DNA of 64,000 nt from Paraspadella gotoi. Its lineage: Eukaryota > Animalia > Chaetognatha. Each line of letters opens with the position of its first letter. Position 1 is the first letter of the stretch. The notes beneath the pieces were generated by a model that was not told the origin of the DNA, did no database searches, and was given only the letters and a program-made list of their open reading frames with translations. Where the stretch lies: the NCBI GenBank assembly GCA_051294375.1, contig CM119265.1, forward strand, positions 27,038,517-27,102,516. Reading direction: 5' to 3'. The position numbers were made by a program, and so were the translations under genes. This document shows positions 1 to 15,334 of this stretch, one piece after another.

Positions 1-1535
<1,535 letters not shown>

Positions 1536-1957
1536 ATTTGCTTCTTTCTTATTTATTTATTTTGCGTAAAGTGAAAATTGTTTTTTTGACTCCAAATTTG
1601 ATTGACCGAGAGTAATTAATTTTTTGAAGTTTAAATTGTTCTTGACGATCGAAGGAAGTTTAAGGAATACCTTTTTTTATTAAATATAACTATAAATGGC
1701 GAAAACTGATTTCCCGTCTGAAAACTAATTTCCCGCAAACGATGTAATTAATAAACAATGGATCAACAATGGATAAAAACAATAGCAAAAAAATTGTTTT
1801 CCTTATTCCAACTACGAGCGAATCATAAATGTAGGCGAGGGCATTTTTTTTTTTCAAAAGACTTGGTCTTTTGCGAGAGAACGGCCTTCCGGAGCTCCAT
1901 GGTCGAAAAGTCGCTTGGAGGAAGGATCTTGATTTTTTCTTTTTTCCTCTAAAAAAA

Positions 1958-4090
1958 TTAAGATCTTCTTTCCCGTTCATCGGCGGCGACCAAGATGGCG
2001 GCGCAACCTTCTTTTGCAATTGACAATTGCTCTTCGCCCGCTTGCTTCATTGAATGCTAAAGTCAAATTCAATGCCATAAATCATTTATTAATTGCGGAT
2101 TTTGTAATTTAGTTAATTACCTTGAATTCTTCGTCCTCCATACTCTTTAGGTTAATCATGAGATTGTAATAGGCTCCCCAGACCCCAGTTTCGATCGCCT
2201 TTGCCGCGACTTGAAGATCGCTCTTGGTCGTGACGTTGTACAGATTGGCCAGTTCTTTCAACGGAGCCCAAACGTTGTTGGCCGTTTTGGCCACATGGAG
2301 AGGAACCAGAGCCGCTGTTTTTAATCCCAGCTCCATGGCTTTACTCCTGTTTTCGAAATTAAAATTAACCAACATTATATATAATCAGTTTCTATAATAT
2401 TTAAGCGCTTTTATCGAATGCAACATCGTTGATTCGGTACAATCATCGACAACAAACAAAACACAATGCGTGATATCAAAACCGACCTTAATTTAGCCTC
2501 TTCCGGAGTATTTTTAGGCAACTTCATGGCGGCCATGTATTCGTTGAAAGCTTCGGTATCTTTGTCGACGCAAGGAAGCAAAGCGTTCATGACTCGATGC
2601 AAAGTTGGAATGATTTTCCTCATTTCCGCGTCGCTGGCTTCGAATTGTCTTTTCCCGTAAGACAATAGACCCACCATGGTTCCCAAGGCGGCGCCCATCG
2701 CGGCGATGACGGCGGAGACGGAGCCGCCGCCGGGCGCCACGGATCTCGAGCCGACGGAGCGGACAAAGTCTTTCACCGTTTTGTCGATCAACTTGGGTTT
2801 GTCGTCGGCGAGCATGTACTCGATGATTCTCTCTTTGGGGACGAATTGCTTGATGGAATGCAAACCCAATTTGTCGACGACCAACCGGATTTTTTGCTCT
2901 TCTTCCAGAATGAAGAGATTCTCTTCCCGGATGTAGAACTCGGCGGCTTCGAGGAAACAGCCGAGAGGAACCATCCCGACGATCTCGGATCCAGCGACGG
3001 AGAGTTGGAGATCTCGAGCTTGTCGTCGGCACTCTTCGTAGACTCGGTGCAACGGCGTTTCTTCGATGTCCGTGAGATTAATTGAGATTTGAGCCAAATT
3101 GGCTTCGTCGAGATACCAACCGATGGCTTGGACGTGTTTAAACTTTCCCGGCACACCGTTTCCGCGGCCTGTGGGTAAAACAAAGTCGTTAATCCTTGCC
3201 TTTAGTTGTTTAAGTCAACCAAATCCTTGACCTTTCTCTCTTATATTCAAGGCGATCCGATGAGCTTGTTCTTTTGTTGCTAAAAGATTGACGTTGTAGG
3301 CGATGAGAAATTTCCGTGCCCCCGCGGCCGTGGCTCCCCACGAGGGAACGAAATCCGCGGGTCCGTAGTCGGGGGCCCACTCGGGCTGAACCAATTTGTC
3401 GATTAAACCCTCGTATTCCCCTTGACGAATATTTGGTAGGGCCTTTCTCGTCGGATTCACTGCCGCTTCTCCGTATAAATAAACCGGAACCTGAAAATGT
3501 GAAATAAATGTAAAGAATGTAACATAGTATATGAATTCAATTTATATTAGCCCACCCCTAATTCTTGAGCAAGTTTCGCCGAGAAACGGTTGGCGCACAT
3601 TACGCAATCTTCCATCGTTACTCCCTGAAAGTTTAAGGCGCATGTATGAATAAATTATCAATGTATTCTATTTATAATGCCGTGTCAAAGGATGACAAAG
3701 ATGTTTACATGAACTGGAATAAAGGGACAAACGTCGAGCGCCCCCATCCTCGGATGCTCTCCGTGATGAGAGGTCATATCGATCAAGGAAGCGGCTACTC
3801 TGGCTCCGGCCAAAGCTCCTTCTACAATCGCGTCCGGGCTGCCGACGAACGTGTAAACCGTCCTGAATAAAAGGATGGTATAAAATTGACTAAAATGATG
3901 GAAAGCTTAAAACGAGAATTGATTAAAAAAAAAAAACCAATTAGCATTACCGATTGGTGGAGACTCCCGGGTCGACGTCGAGCATGGTGACTCCTTCCAC
4001 TTTAACGATGGCGTCGGCGATGGCTTGGATCACGTCTTTCCGTCGTCCTTCCGAAAAGTTGGGGACGCATTCCACGATTTTAGTTTCCAT
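1958..4090 (-). CDS. FTCD: Formimidoyltransferase-cyclodeaminase (spliced)
   Basis: [16 protein letters not shown] start; [51 protein letters not shown] motifs; last exon ends ...ERERRS-TAA at 1958. Confidence 0.95.
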
Positions 4091-4716
4091 TTTTCTTTTT
4101 CTTTCTCTTTCTCTTTCCGAGAGAAAATCCAGGCGGAGGAATTGGGTCCGACGGAGAAGAATTTCGGTCGAACCCGTTCGACCAGGGGGACTTTCCTCTC
4201 TCTCCAGTCAAATTAATTAGGCCTTTATTAACGAGCATCCTAATTAATTTTTTGTTCCCCCCCCCCCGTGTTTCATACGGTTAATTTTATTAACTGATGA
4301 CTTTTGAAATTTTTGCGTCTGACCGATTTCCCAATTAGGTTTGTCCCAGCGAAGCGGAGAACAATAATGAGGAAGAACGTGCTAAAAGTTAGTGGGTTGT
4401 GGGGAGGGAAATTAAGACAGGTTTAGGAGTAGGAGTTATATATAAGTGGAGAATTAGTATATCAAGCATTAGGAAATATTGCACGATAATGCAAGCAGAG
4501 TAAGCCATCGAAATTAACGATTACAGCAGCGACAATGAAAAGAAATGGAAGATGAATAACAAAACGCAAAAAGTAACGGGATAAACCGTATTAATAATCT
4601 AAAGAACCGCTAAAGAATTATGATGATGTTGATAACATGAAATAGAGAATCGTGTGAATTTTTTGCAGCCATGAGAATTGACATCGTCGCTTCGCACCCA
4701 CGAGGGTTCGTTTGCT

Positions 4717-4776
4717 GACCTTGTCGCCGTTGGATTTCGCCGCGATGGACCAAAGACGAAATCCAACGACGAAGTC
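4717..4776 (-). other. ~60-nt near-perfect stem-loop (pre-miRNA-like)
   Basis: GACTTCGTCGTTGGATTTCGTC pairs with GGCGAAATCCAACGGCGACAAGGTC (~22 bp, G-U pairs favour the minus strand), ~13-nt loop. Confidence 0.4.
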
Positions 4777-5008
4777 GGAAGACTTAAAAAAAAAAACACT
4801 GCAACACAGACTGACGCGACAGACTGACCGGACCGGAAACCGCGTTAAAAATATGCCCAGGAAAGAAACCCGCTTACGTCGCCATTGAACGGCCATTGTA
4901 TTGTCTTGGCTTACGTAAGAAGAGGGAGAAGGAAAAGAAGAGGAAGAGGAGGAGGAAAGGTGCACTTGGGATCATCCTCCTCCTCTTCATTCGGGAGGAG
5001 TCGGCATC

Positions 5009-5018
5009 TGGCGGGAAA
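5009..5018 (+). promoter_or_regulatory. E2F-like site in the divergent FTCD/zinc-finger promoter region
   Basis: TGGCGGGAAA (reverse complement TTTCCCGCCA) between divergently transcribed genes; motif match only. Confidence 0.2.
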
Positions 5019-5196
5019 ATCCGGCAATGTTTAACATTTTTATAACATTTTTTGGTTTAGGGAATTCTAATTTAAATATCATTAAAAATTTAACAATTTT
5101 AGACAGAAACGTGTTAATTTGTCTGAATTTAGGTTTCCCAACACGTCCACTTGAAACACCCTCAACCCTCTCTATTCAGGATCCGCTTTCTTCCAA

Positions 5197-7608
5197 ATGC
5201 CTCGTCCGACCAGAGGCGGTCGGGCAGCGGACTGCATCGTCATTGATGACGTCCGCTCGACAAAGCCGCCTCCGCGAAGACAGGCACCACCGAACTCTAC
5301 CACGGACGTGCGTTTCAGCGCCGCCACGCCGACTCGTTCCGGCGACGGGAAAGACTGCATCGCCATCGACGATGACGACGAAGATGAGGCGCCGGAAGTG
5401 GAATCGATCCCGACTCGAAAAAACAAAACTTTGAATTTGATCGAAAGTAAAATCGTCGAGTATAAGAGGAGGTTGTCGTTTTTAGAGAGGAAGAAGAGAG
5501 AGGAGGAAGAGAAGAGGGAAATGGAGAGGCGGGAGAAAGAGAGGCTAGAGGCGGAGGAGAGGGAGATGGAGAGGCGGGAGGAAGAGAAGAGAGAGAGGGA
5601 AAGACGAGAAGCGAGGGAGAAAAAGGAGAAGGAACGACGAGAGGCGAAGACCCGGTTCAAGAATTCCCCCGCTGTTTTTTCGTGTCAGAACGAAAAATGC
5701 GGCAAGAGATTTTTGACGAAGATGGCGCTAAACAAACACCGGGCGAGGGCGCACTCGAGACCGAGGATGGCCGCGCGGAGGCGAGTGGAGCCAGAGGAAA
5801 TCATCGTGGAAGGAGAGAGCGAGGCGCTTGGAGTTCGACGAGGAGGGTTCGCAAGACGAGGAAGAAGATTAGCAAATCAAGAAAAGAATTTCGCGTTTGA
5901 AGAAAGAAACGGAAAGTCTCTTTCCTCGCAACGAAGATGGGAGAAGGACAATCGGGCGATCGTCCCAATAGAGGAAGCGCCTCTTCTTTCGCAAGAAGAC
6001 GAAGACGATGACGACCACCATCTAGAAATCGTCGAGAATCACAGAGATTATCAAATATTCAAAAGAAAGGATTTCCATTTTCAAGATGGAGATAAAGATC
6101 TCGAAATCCTCGAGAGAAACGATCCTCCTCCTCGTCATAAACCAAACAAAGAAGCAATTAAGTCGTCGACTTCGCCTCGAACTCGGAACCTCGACGACCA
6201 CGGAACGATCGTCATAGAGTGCGAAACGGCCCCGCCCAGCGCCAAGGTGCTGCGAGGGAGAGAGGCGTGGCCGTCGGCGCGGAAGCCGGTGAGGATAAGA
6301 ATCAAAGGAACCGATAGGAAAGAAGAGACTAAAGAAGATCGACGGAAAGAATCTCAGGAAAAGCCACCGACGGAAATTGAAAACAATAGCTTACTAGAAT
6401 CACCACCGCCAAAGAATGCTTTAAAAAGAAAAATCACAGCGGGACCACGCTTTACTAAAGAGCTAGCCACAAAAAGACCAAAAGCACCGGGAGTCTTTCG
6501 CTCGGCCGAACGACGGTCCAGCTTGGAGTCCAAACCAAACGAGATCCCTACAGAGGAGCGACAGTCCGACCCTCCGAAGGATTACCAGACCACCGCAGAC
6601 CCATCTCCTCATTGCCCCCTCCAATGCCGGCAACTCTCTTGCAATCGAAAACGCTTTTTCACCAGAAAAGCTCTGGCCGCTCACTACCACAGCATTCATC
6701 CTCATTTGATAAAGTCGGAACTAAGGTGCCAGCATCCTTCTTGCCGAAACAAAGTATTCTCGAGTCAAGAATCGCTGAGTGAACATTACGAGAAGGAGCA
6801 CTCGGCGAACGTCAAAGGGAAAGCGACAAGACCCAAACTCAAATGCAGCTTCATCTCGTGCGAAGCTTCTTACGTCACCAAAAAAGGTTTAATCGAACAC
6901 ATGAATAAATGTCATTCGACGCCCGAAGTCGCTAGGCAAGAGGAAGTAGCTAACTTACCCACTGAGAAAACTTGTCTTTCAATTGACTTGTCTCGACTTT
7001 TAAAGAGAAAAGAAGACTGCTTCGACGATTTGCAAGAAAACCCCAATCGGCGGGAGAAGCAAGCTCCGCAAAAGAAGGCGAGAGAAGAGAAAACTTTGCG
7101 TTCGAAATCCTCCAGAGCAAATCAAAAGCCAATGCCCCAGCAGCAACCCGAAGAACTACTGCCTCCGCCGCGATCGAAAAAGAAAAAGGCTTCCTCTAAG
7201 CCAACTTCAAAGCGTCCTCCGCCGGAGCCTTCGACGGACGAAAAGATCGAACGGATCGTCAACAGCATGGAGATTCACATTATTCCCACCGACTCTGCCA
7301 GTTCCCAGTGCGAGATTCGCGCTTTCGCTCGAACGGGAGTTGAAGACCGGCACAACCATCTCGTCAACTACCCGGACACCAACGTCCACCAGCGAAAGGT
7401 TCTGCCATCAAACATCCTCTCCGAATCCTTTGTCATTTCTCAGACGAAGATCGAGATCGTCCCGAAATCGGAGGGAGGCTTCGAGGCGGCGGATCTCGGC
7501 GAAGAAAAAAGCGACTCCACTTTCGATCAAGAGTCGGAAATTGGGGGGAAAGGGTTGGCGGCGATGCATTCCTTTCAATTGCCGATCGTGAAGCGAGAGT
7601 CAAATTAG
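5197..7608 (+). CDS. Single-exon C2H2 zinc-finger protein (4 atypical fingers, E/R/K coiled coil), 803 aa
   Basis: Long ORF with CQNEKCGKRF...HRARAH, CRQLSC...HYHSIH, CQHPSC...HYEKEH and CSFISC...HMNKCH. Confidence 0.8.
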   Translation: MPRPTRGGRAADCIVIDDVRSTKPPPRRQAPPNSTTDVRFSAATPTRSGDGKDCIAIDDDDEDEAPEVESIPTRKNKTLNLIESKIVEYKRRLSFLERKKREEEEKREMERREKERLEAEEREMERREEEKRERERREAREKKEKERREAKTRFKNSPAVFSCQNEKCGKRFLTKMALNKHRARAHSRPRMAARRRVEPEEIIVEGESEALGVRRGGFARRGRRLANQEKNFAFEERNGKSLSSQRRWEKDNRAIVPIEEAPLLSQEDEDDDDHHLEIVENHRDYQIFKRKDFHFQDGDKDLEILERNDPPPRHKPNKEAIKSSTSPRTRNLDDHGTIVIECETAPPSAKVLRGREAWPSARKPVRIRIKGTDRKEETKEDRRKESQEKPPTEIENNSLLESPPPKNALKRKITAGPRFTKELATKRPKAPGVFRSAERRSSLESKPNEIPTEERQSDPPKDYQTTADPSPHCPLQCRQLSCNRKRFFTRKALAAHYHSIHPHLIKSELRCQHPSCRNKVFSSQESLSEHYEKEHSANVKGKATRPKLKCSFISCEASYVTKKGLIEHMNKCHSTPEVARQEEVANLPTEKTCLSIDLSRLLKRKEDCFDDLQENPNRREKQAPQKKAREEKTLRSKSSRANQKPMPQQQPEELLPPPRSKKKKASSKPTSKRPPPEPSTDEKIERIVNSMEIHIIPTDSASSQCEIRAFARTGVEDRHNHLVNYPDTNVHQRKVLPSNILSESFVISQTKIEIVPKSEGGFEAADLGEEKSDSTFDQESEIGGKGLAAMHSFQLPIVKRESN

Positions 7609-7683
7609 GTTTGAAGATATTTTTGTTTTAGTTTCACTTCTTGATGCGTTAATCCTTTCTTTTTCGTTGTTCATAGGTATTAG

Positions 7684-7848
7684 AGAGAGCAATGAATTTT
7701 GAATTTAACGATTTTTTATTAGTAGTTGGACATGTTTCGGCTTGCTTATTTCAAGCCTATATGCTGATGAAGGCTTGAAATAAGCAAGCCGAAACATGTC
7801 CAACTACTAATAAAAAATCGTTGTTAAATTCAAAATTCTTTGCTCTCT
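7684..7848. mobile_element. Penelope-like element remnant: ~75-bp inverted repeat (inverted pLTR fragment)
   Basis: Arms 7684-7758 and 7771-7848 are reverse complements except one mismatch and a 3-nt indel. Right arm carries a hammerhead motif followed by AATAAA (7809-7814). A 13-bp direct repeat AGTTTCACTTCTT lies at 7630-7642 and 7852-7864. Confidence 0.7.
7764..7800 (+). ncRNA. Minimal type-I hammerhead ribozyme motif (Penelope type)
   Basis: CTGATGA-A-GGCTTG(AAATAAG)CAAGCC-GAAA-CAT-GTC: core boxes, 6-bp stem II, palindromic ACATGT stem III, GUC cleavage triplet ending at 7800. Stem I is only ~2 bp. Confidence 0.65.
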
Positions 7849-8675
7849 TTAAGTTTCACTTCTTAAATCTTTACAAATATGACAATATTTTTTACTTCCC
7901 CCCCACCTATTTGATGTCGGCAACAGCTTTATATTTTCTTTCTTATTCATTCCAGCCGCGTTGAAGACACCGATATAATAATTGGCCAAAGGAATAAATG
8001 TTAGTTATGATTAATGAATTATGCATAATATGTATGCTCTGTGATATAAGCCAATTTGAAAGATTAGGCTTATTCTCGTCTAGGTCTTGATTTCGTCGAT
8101 TAGCAACTTGCACAATTGAATCAACTTCCATTTTTAAATTCTTTTATACAAACCTATGACTGTTGTTGTTTTCATTTACTTACAAAATCTACCATAGTTT
8201 ATCAAGACTTATTTACCTATTTATTTCTGGAGTTACAGACGAGACAGATAGAAGCTAATATAAAAAGACACCTAAACACATTAAGTAAGAACATGGTCTT
8301 TATCGCCCGCGTTGCAACGAACCCTCACAACTTTCGACGAACCCGAAATAATCCAACCTCTCTTTCTCTCGTCTTGTCACCCGATTTTCGAATAAGTAAA
8401 CAAGTCGATATTGGAAACCACAACTCGCTTAATTTCGCTCCAATTTTTTTTATTTTCGAGCAACAAAAACTGAAGAGTCAAAACTCTGAGATCGTGTCGA
8501 GTTTCGTGCAAAGATTTTTTTTTTATTCCGATTTGAAGAATCTAAAATCCAACGACACATTAATCCTAAGCCACGTTGTCTTTTTAAAGTTTTATTTAGT
8601 ACGAAAACTTGCTCTTCCATTTTTTTTCCGCAACAAGATTTAATTTGGAAATCCAACTCCTTCAAAATTTCTTAA

Positions 8676-10290
<1,615 letters not shown>

Positions 10291-10719
10291 AATTCATTCC
10301 TTTTTTTTTGAAATCTTGAAATAGATCTGTGATACAAATGAAAAAAGATTTTATTCCGACTAGGTAAGGCAAGTTCACCGGGAATATAAAAAAAGAATTA
10401 TCACAAAATAAAATTCGGTATTTCCAATAAATCTTTTAAAAAAATATACAAGAGACCGAAACCATACAAAAATAATCTTGCAAAAAAGCGCAGAAAACGA
10501 GGAACCCTGATGAAAAAAATTATAAAACTTGATAAGTAATAAAGGTTGCAACATGAACGTGCTCAGTTGCAAAGCTTAAATTATTCAGCAATTTGATTCG
10601 ATAGAATTAGAATTCGCTCATCAGAATTAGTTTCCGATGTCAGGTTAACAATCAAAATGCCCATAAGCTCATACGTTCAAATTAACAAAAAAAGCTTAAA
10701 TAAAATAACAGGGTCTTCG

Positions 10720-12192
10720 CTACGACGGGGGAGCATCCTGCGGCGGCGGTGGATCGACATGCGCGTCTGTCGATTTGTATTTCTTGGACATGTTTTGAAG
10801 GCACTGGACCAGTTTGGCTTCGTCTTCAGGAAGCGACTTCGTGCGCGCTAATGGAAGATGCGTCGGGGCTGGTTGCCGGTCCTGAAATATTACAAAGAGA
10901 ATTATGAGTTAATAAATAAATGAGAAGAGAATTGATTCGGGATAGAAAAAGTAAAGTAAGGTGATGGCTTATGTTAAAGGGGGAAAATAAAATATGTACC
11001 TAAAAAAGAAATATTCATACTAAAAATAAAAAGATACCAAGACCCAGGATTCGATAGCTCATTTTCCTCACCTGAAAGAAAAGACCGGAAGGCATCTTGA
11101 CCGCGGCCTCGGACACGGCCAGCCACACGATGGTGTCGCTGCCCTGCTGCGGCGTCCGCAGTTTGTCCTTCATCTTCTCATAGAATCCGGGCATCGACGT
11201 CCGTACGGCGGGTGTGTCCGCCCATCCTGGATGTCCGCAGCTGAAATGTACTTCCGGGTTGTTCTTCGCCCAGAGCTCCGTGAGCACTACCTGCTGCCGC
11301 TTCTGCTGCGCGTAAGCCATCGTCCCGTCGAAGTTGCCTCGCTCGCTCATCAAGTCCGTCGTGTCCAACTTTTGCGTCAACATTCCGCCCGAGGTGACTG
11401 TGACGACGCGTGGGGTGTCGCCCGCCGCCGCGTGATGGCGCAGCACCGCCAGCAGCTCCGTGGTGAGCACAAAAGTACCGAGGGTGTTGGCGGCGAAGTT
11501 GGCCTCGACCTCGTCGGCGGTGAGGGTTCGCTCGTTGATCATGCAGCCGGCGTTGTTGACGAGGCAGTGGAGAGGTTGGCCGGAGGCGGAGAAGTCGCGG
11601 ACGAAGGCGTGGACGGCGCGCGGGTCGGAGATGTCGAGACGATGGACGTGGAGGGAGGCGGAGGAGAATTGGGAAAGAATCTCCGATTTGGCCTCTTCGC
11701 CTGAGGTTGAGACCAGGAGCCTTTACATACATTTATTATATACATTCATATTTAATGTCTTCATTACAATTGGTAGTAATTTCTTAATACTTAAATTACA
11801 TCTTGATTACAGAAATAATTTACTCGTGAGTTATTTAAAAATCAATTACTATTTTATTACAACAATCACTAACTATTCCACGGTCCAAATCTTAAACATA
11901 TCTCCCCCACATTTCCACACACTATACCCACACAGCGTTCACCCACACATCAGAAATCCTCACCTCTCTCCACGTTTCGACACACCAAATGAACGGTGCC
12001 ACCGCGCTTGGCGATCTCTCTCGCCGTCTCCTTGCCGATCCCGCTATTGGCGCCGGTGATTAGAAACGCCTTTCCGGTCAGATCCACGTCCAAGTCTCCC
12101 GGGTGGAATTTTTTGGCGGCGGTTTCGTAGCCGGACTTGGTGTACTCTCTCATTCCCTTCACGAACCAAACGGCGTTTCGATAAAACGTCAT
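10720..12192 (-). CDS. DHRS12: Dehydrogenase/reductase SDR family member 12 (3 exons)
   Basis: [75 protein letters not shown]. Confidence 0.92.
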
Positions 12193-12493
12193 TTTATTGT
12201 TTCGTTAGTTTTTTTTTTAGATCACGACGTGGCTCTTGTTTTGTTTTGTTTTTGACTAGGTTTTTTGTTTCAGTTTTTTTCTTTTGCACACTTTACATTT
12301 TAATTTCGGACCTTGGGAAAAATCTATAACAAAAAAAGGGGGGAAAAATAACTAAAAAATGCTCTCGAAACTTTAATAAGTTAACAGCGATAAATATATT
12401 AGTCAAGTAACGATGTTTTAACAACGAAAGAGAGATACTCTCCTCCGCAATTTCGCAAGAGTTAAGCCAATACGGGGCCTTGATCGTCTTTAA

Positions 12494-12583
12494 TCTTCAC
12501 AGCACCGTAACGAACCTCCTGCCGTCCCCGTCTTCCGCGCCCCTTCAGTCTTCACAGCACCGTAACGAACCTCCTGCCGTCCC
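12494..12583. repeat. 35-bp direct repeat (55-bp period) duplicating the MTFMT stop-codon region
   Basis: TCTTCACAGCACCGTAACGAACCTCCTGCCGTCCC at 12494-12528 and 12549-12583. Confidence 0.85.
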
Positions 12584-14822
12584 TGCCGACCAAGAGCGAG
12601 TCGTGTCCGTGAGCGACGCTGACGAAGGCGTCGCGGTTGGGACAGGCGAGAGTTCGTCGCACGCGCGAGTGGAAAATATCTTCGTTGAGAAAGTTTGGTC
12701 GACTGAGGAAGAGGGCGTCGGCGAAGGGAGGTTTGGAGAGGAACCCGTTGTGAAAATCCGTCGCGCTCATGGGTTTTTTGCCTGAAAAAAAAAAAAAGAG
12801 AAAAGATTTAAAATAAAACTTTTGGATAAAACTAAACTAAACTCGAAATAACCTTTGATTTTGACTTTGGAAAAAGCGACCCAACCGTCGAGACATCGAA
12901 TGCAGAGCAATCGACGGAGTTTGTGAAAATAATGAGTCCCGGGTCTCTTCTCGTCGACGGGAGAATCGATGGTGACTCCACGGATGTCCTCTAGCTCGAG
13001 AAAAGAGACCTTGAAGCGGAGTCAAGGGGTAATACTAATTGTTAAATTGTTAAATAGAATGAAAAGAAACGAAAAAAAAAGACTAACATTTTCGTCCAGC
13101 AACAACAACAACCCCCCAACAATCCCAAAACCCCCCCCTTTCCCCTTTCATCTCACCTCCATTCCCCCGATTTCCGACTTCAACCCCACGTTTCCCGCCA
13201 AAGCCAAAAACTGTCTCGCCACTTCCGTCCTCATGTTTCTCTCCCAATCAACGTTCCCCATTTCCTGTCGAACTTTGTGGGCGTAGGTGACTCCCGCCAT
13301 CGGCTGCTCCGTCGGTCGGTGGGTCAGCTTCGGCAGCCGATCCAGCGTCTCGAACAGGAGCTTCCCGCCCTCGCGCGCCATCCAGGCCGCGAGGCGCTCG
13401 GTGGTGAGACTAGCCTGAGCGGGAGGGCGAGGAGCGAGGAAGCGGCGCTGCGCCACGAGGGGTCCGATGTCGAAGTGGCGAGGAGCCACCTGGCGGAAGT
13501 AACAGGGATTCGAACGAATTTAGTCAAAACTGAGCCCGAATTATCTAAAATTGCTGTCTCTAAGATTATATATATAAAACCACCAATGATTGTTCCCATC
13601 CTCACAACTATCTGAAGGAGACAATTCTCTGACCTTACTTACCTTACTCCCCTCACCTCCCAAAAACAACGATCCAAACTCATCACCGGCGCTGGCCAGT
13701 GGCCAGTGGCCAATCCACTGCCGCTTTTCAATCCTCGCTCACCTCCTTACCTGCATGATGCTGACTCCGACGACGACGTCTCCGTGCAGTACGGAATAAA
13801 GACAGGGCGATGCCCCGCGCCATCTGGGCAGCAGGGAAGGGTGCACGTTGAGAATGCCGTAGGGGAAGGACTGAATGACTCGGGCGGGGACGAGGTGGCC
13901 GAAAGAGGCGAGGAGACCGACGTCGTAACCGACGAGAGGCGACTCCACGGGATAGTCGATCACTTTGAGCTTTTGTTGGAGGGCATAGCGGAGGACGGGG
14001 TTTTGGGTGTGGTCTGGGGAAGTGGGTTGGCGGGGAAGGTGTTTGGCGGGGGAAGGGGGGTTGGCGGGGGATGTGAGAGAAGTTTGTTGATAAGTTTTAA
14101 GCTTGAATGAAAGATTTAAAATTCGTTTGCATATTGTAGCATTTGAAAAGACGGAATGATTTTTATATATAAGTCAACTGACGTCATATATAATTGAATT
14201 AAATTAAAATATAAAATTAAATTAAAGTAAAAATATTCAAATAACCCCCGCCCTCCATTTCTTATCCCGCGAATTCACGCGACTGACTCGGTCCGTCGTT
14301 CCTCGTCGTGCAGACGTCGAGCACCTCCAACAGTCCGTCGCCTTTAAATAGCGAAAGCGCGGAGCCATGGAGCCGCTTGAGGATCCGCAGCGAGAACTCG
14401 TCGGAGCCGAAGAAGAGGGCGCGCCAAGGCGGCTCCACTTTGGCGGCGTCGCGATCTCCGAATAACTGGAGAAAGTCTTTGCGTCGCAAGGAGAGGGCGT
14501 GACTGTTGGCGCGAAAATCGTCGGGGAAGAAGAAAGAGTCGCAGAGACGAGGAGGAGGAGCGGGAGGAGAGAAGGGGCGAGGAAAGCGGGAGAAGGCGAC
14601 GCGGAGCCGAGATTGGCGGCTTTGACGCGAAGGTAGGGAAACGGGATGGCGGCGTGAGAGGCGGTCGAAGGCTTCTCGGAGGCGGCGGATTGAGCGGGAA
14701 GATGGGGCGGGGGAGGAGGATGAAAAGTCGCGGGTTGGAGGCGTGACTAAGGACCACGCCCACTTGACGACGGGGGCGGAAGATCCGGGGTGGAGATACA
14801 AACGAATCGTCAAGTGCTTCAT
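12552..14822 (-). CDS. MTFMT: Mitochondrial methionyl-tRNA formyltransferase (spliced)
   Basis: PPWRALFFGSDEFS, YDVGLLASFGHL, GILNVHPSLLPRWRGASP, APRHFDIGP, GVTYAHKV, KKPMSATDFHNGF. Confidence 0.9.
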
Positions 14823-15334
14823 CGTTCTCGACGGCGAATGAACGAAACTGTCAATTTAATTGTCTCATTTCTTTTCGAAGGAGAAGACGCAATCAATCTT
14901 TCCTAAAATCTGTCTCATCTAATAATAAACGAAATAACATCATCTACGACAAAGATAAAATTTTAAAAAGTACGGCCGAAGGAGAGCGAAAGACAGAGAG
15001 AGAAAGAGCGAAAGACGGAGAGCAAGAGAGAGAGAGAGAGACACGTTACGGTTAAAAAAAAAATAATCGGTAAAAAATTGATAAAGTAGAGAATGAGTAA
15101 AAAGATCACATAGAACGACGACACCGAAAAAAAAAAAAATTAAAAAAGGCCTGCGCACGAGCAGTTCACTTTCCCCCAGGTTCCGAGCGTTGAGAATGAA
15201 TACAAGTGTGAGAGAGGAATGCTTCCACGGTGTTTAACTGTTTATGTTATATTTCACTGTTTTATGTAAATTCGTTTTTTTTTGATCGGCGCGATAATAG
15301 ACGCTCTCGACGGGGCGAAAGATAATATCTTTTT

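Noticed and set aside
4618-4965. 115-aa minus-strand ORF
   Set aside because: Low complexity, no motif, crosses homopolymer tracts.
8116-8643. 175-aa AT-rich ORF (and the similar 168-aa ORF at 38261-38767)
   Set aside because: Non-ATG starts, composition unlike real exons here, no motifs.
14250-14295. Non-canonical GA donor in MTFMT exon 1
   Set aside because: In-phase GT donors (A|GTCAGT, C|GTGAAT) just upstream explain the junction.
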